Source: Asterionella formosa (lineage: Eukaryota). Taken from it: 64,000 nucleotides of DNA. Position numbers and translations under genes: made by a program. Under the pieces are notes generated by a model that saw nothing but the letters and a program-made list of their open reading frames with translations, was not told where the DNA came from and did not search any database. The first letter of the stretch is position 1. The number at the start of each line of letters is the position of its first letter. Location: positions 1 through 64,000 of the forward strand of contig NKIB01007262.1 of the NCBI GenBank assembly GCA_002256025.1, in the 5' to 3' direction. Positions 57,700 to 64,000 of the stretch are shown piece after piece.

Positions 57700-60600
57700 T
57701 TATGGCATACAAGCACTAGCTGTCTCCAGCCCTTCAAATCCAGCAGAGATACTACCAGCTAGTATACAATCTGTCCTCTTATCCACGAGAACTGGAAACC
57801 TCTGCCGGAGAGTCATCTTGCCATCTTCTCTGGATGAGATCTTCAAAAGAAGAAGACGACGAGTTTCATTATCCTTAATTTGCAACACAGCGCCCAAAAT
57901 CACGGTCGCAACAACTGAAGCAGGTTCTCCTGGTGGGCACATGGAAAAGAGATCAGCAAGAACATGACAAAACTGACAGATGTGGATTTGACCATCGTCG
58001 ATGTCTGCGATCTTTTCAGCAATGCGTCCCAGCCGTTGCAGAGTAGGAAGGCCACCATGGAAGACAGTTAAGTCATTCGCTAAGAGTCCCTCTCGAAACT
58101 CGGAAGTGATCATCTTTACCGAGATAGCCAGCGCTGATAGTATTGAAACTAATGGCATAGACTCTAGGCGATGGTGTGATCTTTCTACAAGGGTCTGGCA
58201 CCCATCCAGTATTGTTCGTGGAAGCTTTAATCTGGCCATGTCGTCTAGTATACAAGCAACAAAGTCACTGTCGACCTTTCTGCTTTCTCTCGTGCTCATT
58301 TCTAGCAGGAGTGACAACAGACGCCCTTTAGCACCCTTGCTGTAACCATTCCGATGATGACGCCAGAGCGTTCGAGCGAACGAGTGAAAATCCATTGCAC
58401 TAAGCATGGCGAGGTCGGAATGAGGCAGTGGCAGTCCCATTTCCTCGATTTCTTTGGCAACAAAGGATCCAAAGCAACACTCGCGGAGCGAACACGCATC
58501 GGGCGTGGACGGAGAGAGGTATCCTTCGTCACGGATGACCTTCTCGAGCGCGTCTTGGGGGCACAAGATAGCTGCTGTTCGAAGGGCTCTATGCCGCATG
58601 GCAAAAGTGACTGTCTTCCTTGTATCACTATCACCGTCGTTGTTTGCGCTAGGGACAGAGATAGAAACGTCAATTGTACCTCCGCATGTTCCACCCGATT
58701 TAGCGAAGACAACGCTCAGCAGTTCCTTCGCATGGTCCATGACCACACAGTCTTGCTTTGATCCGTGGACTGCTATACGCGAAAGTAAACCGCCGCGAGT
58801 CTTCCTTTGGTGCGGCTCCACTGGTCGCAGATTGCTGGTATTTCCACTGTTCTCCTGGTCTTCAAGCACCCATATATGGTTTGACTTAGAATGATATTCT
58901 TCAGCAAACGACATGACAAAGGCAATACGAAGTGAAGCTCTTGAGGTGGCGCGCTCTGACATTTCGCGATCCGATCCCCCAACTGCTAGACCTGATGGCT
59001 CCTCTTCCTTGTTGACTTGGTGCTCTCGTTGAGTCTTCTCCCGTAACGAATTCTCTGCTGTCCAGCAGTTGCTATGGTTGGTCATGACATTGAGATCCAA
59101 AACGAAGTTTACTGTATCATCGTCTTCGAGCAAGGGACGTTTCCATTCTTTGCAGGTCGTCCTTGGGCTTTCCGAAAGGCTAGAACGACTGATCTCTGCA
59201 GTCTTTGAAAGCATATCTCCGTGAACCAGCCAACGCCTAGACAATATCCTTGCGATTTGACCAGCGTGGATATGTGAATACTGTTCCGAGATTTCTCGAC
59301 ATGTTTTGTGTACCACTGATGCAAGATACCTGAAGTGACCGATTGAAAATGAATTATGTTCGTCCAAGCAAGCTTCGGCTGCAAGGATGGATGATTCAGA
59401 TAGAAGGAGCTCAACAAATCGGTCGGGTGAAGTGTCATTGCTTGACCAAAAGTGATCGTTTAATTGCAATGTCAAGTCATCAATCATTGACTTTACTGTG
59501 CGGAACTGGTCAGAATCGATCTTATTCGACCGAAGAATTTCGAGGACATGGCACTTGTCCGACAACATCGATTTACAAGTCGTCAAACGCTTCACAGTAG
59601 TCAGTGCTTTCTGTTCTTCAATGTGGAGATTTTCGGAAGGATAGCGCCGAAGTCTAGCTTCGAGCTCACATGATGCTTGCATTGCACATTCGATGGCTTT
59701 GTCAAGACAAACTAGTTTTTGCGAGTCCTCGTCTTTGTACTGCATTGCACAGTATTCAGCTAAAATGGCTTTGTCGTTGGGAGACTTCAGCTTGCACAAG
59801 ACCGGCAAAACATCATTCTCGAAATTAGGTGCAGTACATTTGGACATGCGAGCACTTGAGAAACGAGCCACAAGTCCCCTTACGTGAATGTATCCTTGTG
59901 GGAGCCCAAGAGGAATGCACAGTGGTGCTATTGCAGTGCATGTAGACGTATCCGAGTTCTGGGACAGGAAAGGCATGAGAGGAGACAATGGATCGAAGAG
60001 GTCGGAGTCTACATCGTTGATATTTCCTAGAACACCGCATCGCTGGCGATTATCGGTCGTCCGTTCCATTTTAAATGGGACAGGCAAATCTGAGAACAGT
60101 TTCGGGTATCTTGGCCGGCAAGTGTCGTATTTTCCGTGAAAGAAGGACATCAAAATAGACAGCGCGTCGCGTCGTCGCTCAACGACTTCCAGCTCTTCTT
60201 CAAAAGGGGCTGCATCGAGATTACGAATAGTTGGATCCTGAGCAACCACGACCACGAGATCTGCGTGGTAAAGAGATAAGATAAGTGAATGTCGTTCATA
60301 GTCTGTGTCACAATCTTCAGTTTGCTCCAGAGTCACGAGGCATCTTCTCAGAATCGCAGCACGCTTCATCGCTGAACCGATCAGTTTCAGTGAATCTTGC
60401 ACGGCTCTGTCACACAATGATAAGTCTCGTCGCAAATCGACAAGACTTTCCGAAATATGCACACTTCTACTTCTCTGGGCTTCATTTGGGGGACACGACA
60501 GTAAGAACTCAATATGCTTCTGTGCAGCAAGGTGGGCGCCAAGACCAAATGAGTTCGCAAAATTTAATGCCAGGTCTCGTGCAAGATCAACATTCCGTAG

Positions 60601-63600
60601 TCGGCTAGTGGCATTTCTGACTATCCCAGGTAGGAGTGATGCAATATAGGTAGATTCCGTGCGCAAAGAATCTGTCTCTGTCTCAGATTTGTGGTCGATA
60701 TAGTCGAACTTGCGAGGATCGAAGTCGACCTCAAATTTCCTTAGTACTCTCCACCATGTCGCTTTCGAGGAAAGGTGATGACACTGTTTGATGAAAATAG
60801 TTTGTTTCTTCCAACCAGATAATGCAATGCCTTTACATCCTCCTTGGATTCCCACGTTGGCGAGGGTGATCACTCTTGCGAAATCGCACTGAGTGATGGC
60901 AGTCGGTAGCGAAGCACTGTAAATCTAAAAGAATACGAGGTCAGTCGGACATCGTCGTCGTATACACAAGACATGCCATAGTTCAAATGTACCTTGAAAG
61001 CCAACTTTATTGGGAGAGCCAAGATGTATGGGACAGCTAATTCCGAATCAATGCTGACACTTGTAATTCCATTCCCCGAGCCACCGACACTCCTTTCTGT
61101 GAGATGTCTCATTGTTTCTTTCTTATAATCGATGTACTGCCAAAGCGAGCCAAAACCAAAATCATCGGTCGCGCACGTAGCGAGCACAAGGTATCGAGAT
61201 GAAATCCCCAAAGCAGATGAATGGGCACCGCGTTCACTGAACAAACGGTTCAGGTCAGAAACACCCGAAGCAGCAACCTTGGTATATGTCGACTTCGTTG
61301 CCGAAGAAATCAATTCTAATGATTCCTTGCAGTATAAAACGGAGGCATCCAAAGCACCACCAGGTGGCAATAGTAATCCGTCACCAATGTACCACGACGG
61401 GTGGAGTTTGGGGCTACTCGGGAGTGGCCTGCTACGCCGTGCTGACCATTTTGCTGGTACGCTATTGTTTGCAGAAAACAAGGAATCGTCGAAGACCTCA
61501 AGTCGCTCTCCTACGCCTCCATCAGACCGCTTCAGAATTTGACTTGCCGTCGTCGTCAAAATAAGTAATGAAGAAATAGTATCAAGCATCTGCTCTGGAC
61601 AGTATACCATAGGAGATCCTTGAAGAACGGAAGCTGTTACAATTATAGCCTTCATGAGTTCTTCGACATCTCTTTGGTCACTCGATTCATCCCACCGTTC
61701 AACTGAAAAGTTTTGACAAAGTGACATTACGACAGCTACCAGCACAAGGTTAGAATACTTACCACCTTCACCATCGAGCAATCCTCCCAAACGGAGAAAC
61801 TTTAAAACACTATCATAATCGTGCCTACAGGAAAGTTTCAACGTTATGCCGCCGAGGATACAAAGCCACAACCGTGACGCATCGCTTTTGGTTGGGCCAA
61901 CAAACACACTGCAAATTCGCTTCCCTTCGGTGAATGATGCCGATGAGAAATCCTCACTGCCCGAAGATTTGAACAAGGATTCAATTTTCTTGTTAGCTAG
62001 TGAGAATCTAGATTTGGCAGAAAGCAAGCACTGAGGAGACACAAAGATGTTGTGTTGCTTCTGAAGCTGACTGACACGGGTAAACAAATTGTACCAATCT
62101 TGGCGGTGGTTTCCAAAATGAGGAGTTCTCCGATTTCGATGATTTTCATGGCTCAGCATCATCTCGCAAATGGTCAATGCAGCAGAGCAAGTGGCAATTG
62201 AAGATTTTTTGGCGGCCTCGCTTGTCGATGCGAACTTTGACGACACTGTTCTCGCAAGATCTTCCAAAGTGGCACATGAAATTGCCAATGCTCGGTCGCA
62301 GGCCAGCGCCGCCAGATTCAAATCGATTCGAAACATTTCCTCCGCCAATGCCTGGCAACGGGGAACGTTTCCAGAAACTGCTGCACGTTCAAGAATCAGG
62401 ATAGATGCTTCAGACTTTGACAGATATGTGAAAGCATCGCAGAGGTCTATGGCATCCTGAAGAACGCTTTCAAAACTAATGTGGCGACAGACAAAGTCAA
62501 GAAGGTTTTTCGCGTGCTGAGGATTGTCCACTCTGAAAAGCTCATGAGCGGCCGAGACGCCGCAATAGCGCTGGACAATGCTGTCAATTACAAGGAGCCT
62601 AGAAGCTTCGACAACTTCTGATCTCAGAGCATTTTCGCCCCCGGCCCAGTCAATCGCATCTTTGGAGAGCTGAGACAAGCATGGAGAGAGCTTTCCGCAA
62701 AGAAGTGCAGCTCGTAGAACTGACAGAGCAACTTTGCATTTCGATGCAGTTGACTCGCAACATCGTGATAATGACGACGCTTCCGTGATAGCTGCTTCAC
62801 TCGCCATGTTGTTATTGCAGCGACCAGAAGCGTAGCTAAAGATTGCATCGTCGTAGCTAACGTTAGAATTGACACAAAAGGATTTGACAAACTGGGTGAG
62901 GCTTGAAAGTCTAGTCTCGTGTTCGTCTGCACGACTAGAAAATATTCGCACCAATTCCTTAGCCATCTGTGATGCTCCACCATAATAAGCATAGCTTCGA
63001 AGACACACTTCCTCTCTGCTTAAACCCAACTCCCGAGCTTCCTTCAGTTGTTTCGCGTGAACCAATTTGACTGCCACTGTCGGATCCACCTCGTCATCGT
63101 TCTCGTTGTCACTTCCACGTGATGATCTGATTGCAGGAAGTAGCGAAACTATTGCGCCACCCTTCAGCCTACCCAATTCTAGAACTGTGGGCATTGGTCG
63201 TTCATTTCGAATTGCTGACGTGGCTGACGGTCTCGTATGCAGTGTTTCCGAAGAATCCATCGCGAAGTTCCGGGGACTGTATCGACCTCGTCTCACATCA
63301 GTTGTTCTCTCCGAAGCGAAAGGTGAAAAGGATGAAAAGCTTGAAAAGAGCTTCACTCCAAGCTGGTTTGTGGCGGAGAGGACAGTCTGATAATTGAACC
63401 AAAAAGTTAGAAAAACAGAGAATAATTTCGAGCAGTGTTGCCTTTGGATTTGTTGATACTAACCTCCAAAAGATAAATTGCAGCGTTGATTCCGTGCGGA
63501 TTGGTTCCGTCATCATATGCTTCCGCAGTCTGACAAGTCCAGACCGAAATGAGGGGAAGTGCTTCATGGTTGACAGAAAGCGATGTAATGATGACCTCTT

Positions 63601-64000
63601 TGAGCAACGTGGCAAATGTGCGTGGGTCTACAGATGAGGAAATCGTTAACATAGCGGAAACTAGAACCTCCGGCGACAGTTCCTTTCCCTGAGTGGATCG
63701 CCACATTTTCTCTGCTGAAGAAAATAAACTTTGGCTGATGAAAGCTTGGAATAGATCTGCATTGGACCTGACGCTTGCAAATGGCTTGTCAAGAGTAGCT
63801 TCCCCGTCTCTTAAAATATCATGAATACAATTCATGGCCGAAAGACATCGTTCCAGACCTATTTTCTTTTCTTCGATTTTTTTCGAGCATCTTGCTTCGA
63901 AAATTGTCTCAATTGTAGATGCCGTAATGTGCAGGGCCATAATGAACTCAAGCAATTTCGGCGGTTTCTCAGACTTGGATGGCCAGTCCATAATGATATC
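57700..64000 (-). CDS. KNTC1: Kinetochore-associated protein 1 / Rough deal (RZZ subunit), 5'-partial; introns 63387-63463 and 60925-60992
   Basis: ORFs join in frame via GT-AG introns into >2000 aa of alpha-solenoid. TFAMRHRALR...EEMGLP...FARTLWRHH and ATWWRVLRKFEVDF resemble the Rod C-terminal region. Confidence 0.7.

Overview
Eukaryotic, gene-dense genomic DNA, most consistent with a diatom (stramenopile). The evidence is short 60-90 bp GT-AG introns, bipartite signal-peptide + 'AF' plastid-targeting presequences, and diatom-type Copia (CoDi) gag sequences. About 16 host genes are supported: COG5, an HSF-domain factor, p23, a MaoC/hotdog protein, a HutX/ChuX-like protein, a plastid-targeted I29 + FSFFG-repeat protein, a tandem-rhodanese sulfurtransferase, UTP21/WDR36, syntaxin 5, TIM21, an RNI-type LRR protein, NAD(P)HX epimerase, an atypical small GTPase, an FKBP-MsrA fusion, a plasmepsin V-like aspartic protease and a 5'-partial ROD/KNTC1. 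They are separated by AT-richer islands of decayed mobile elements: three Copia LTR remnants (one with an intact 5-bp TSD), a LINE RNase H, and Harbinger, pogo-like, Crypton-like, Plavaka and Ngaro/DIRS-type recombinase relics, plus a MITE-like hairpin and a tRNA-derived element. The most interesting observations are (1) an ~836-aa plastid-targeted protein with protease-less I29 domains and FxFG-like sticker-spacer repeats, a candidate condensate/pyrenoid scaffold; (2) a plasmepsin V-like protease as a candidate RXL maturase; (3) pervasive TA-flanked palindromic micro-insertions resembling stacked transposon footprints; and (4) a five-copy splice-donor-terminated repeat array. All family calls come from motif recognition by eye; no database searches were run.
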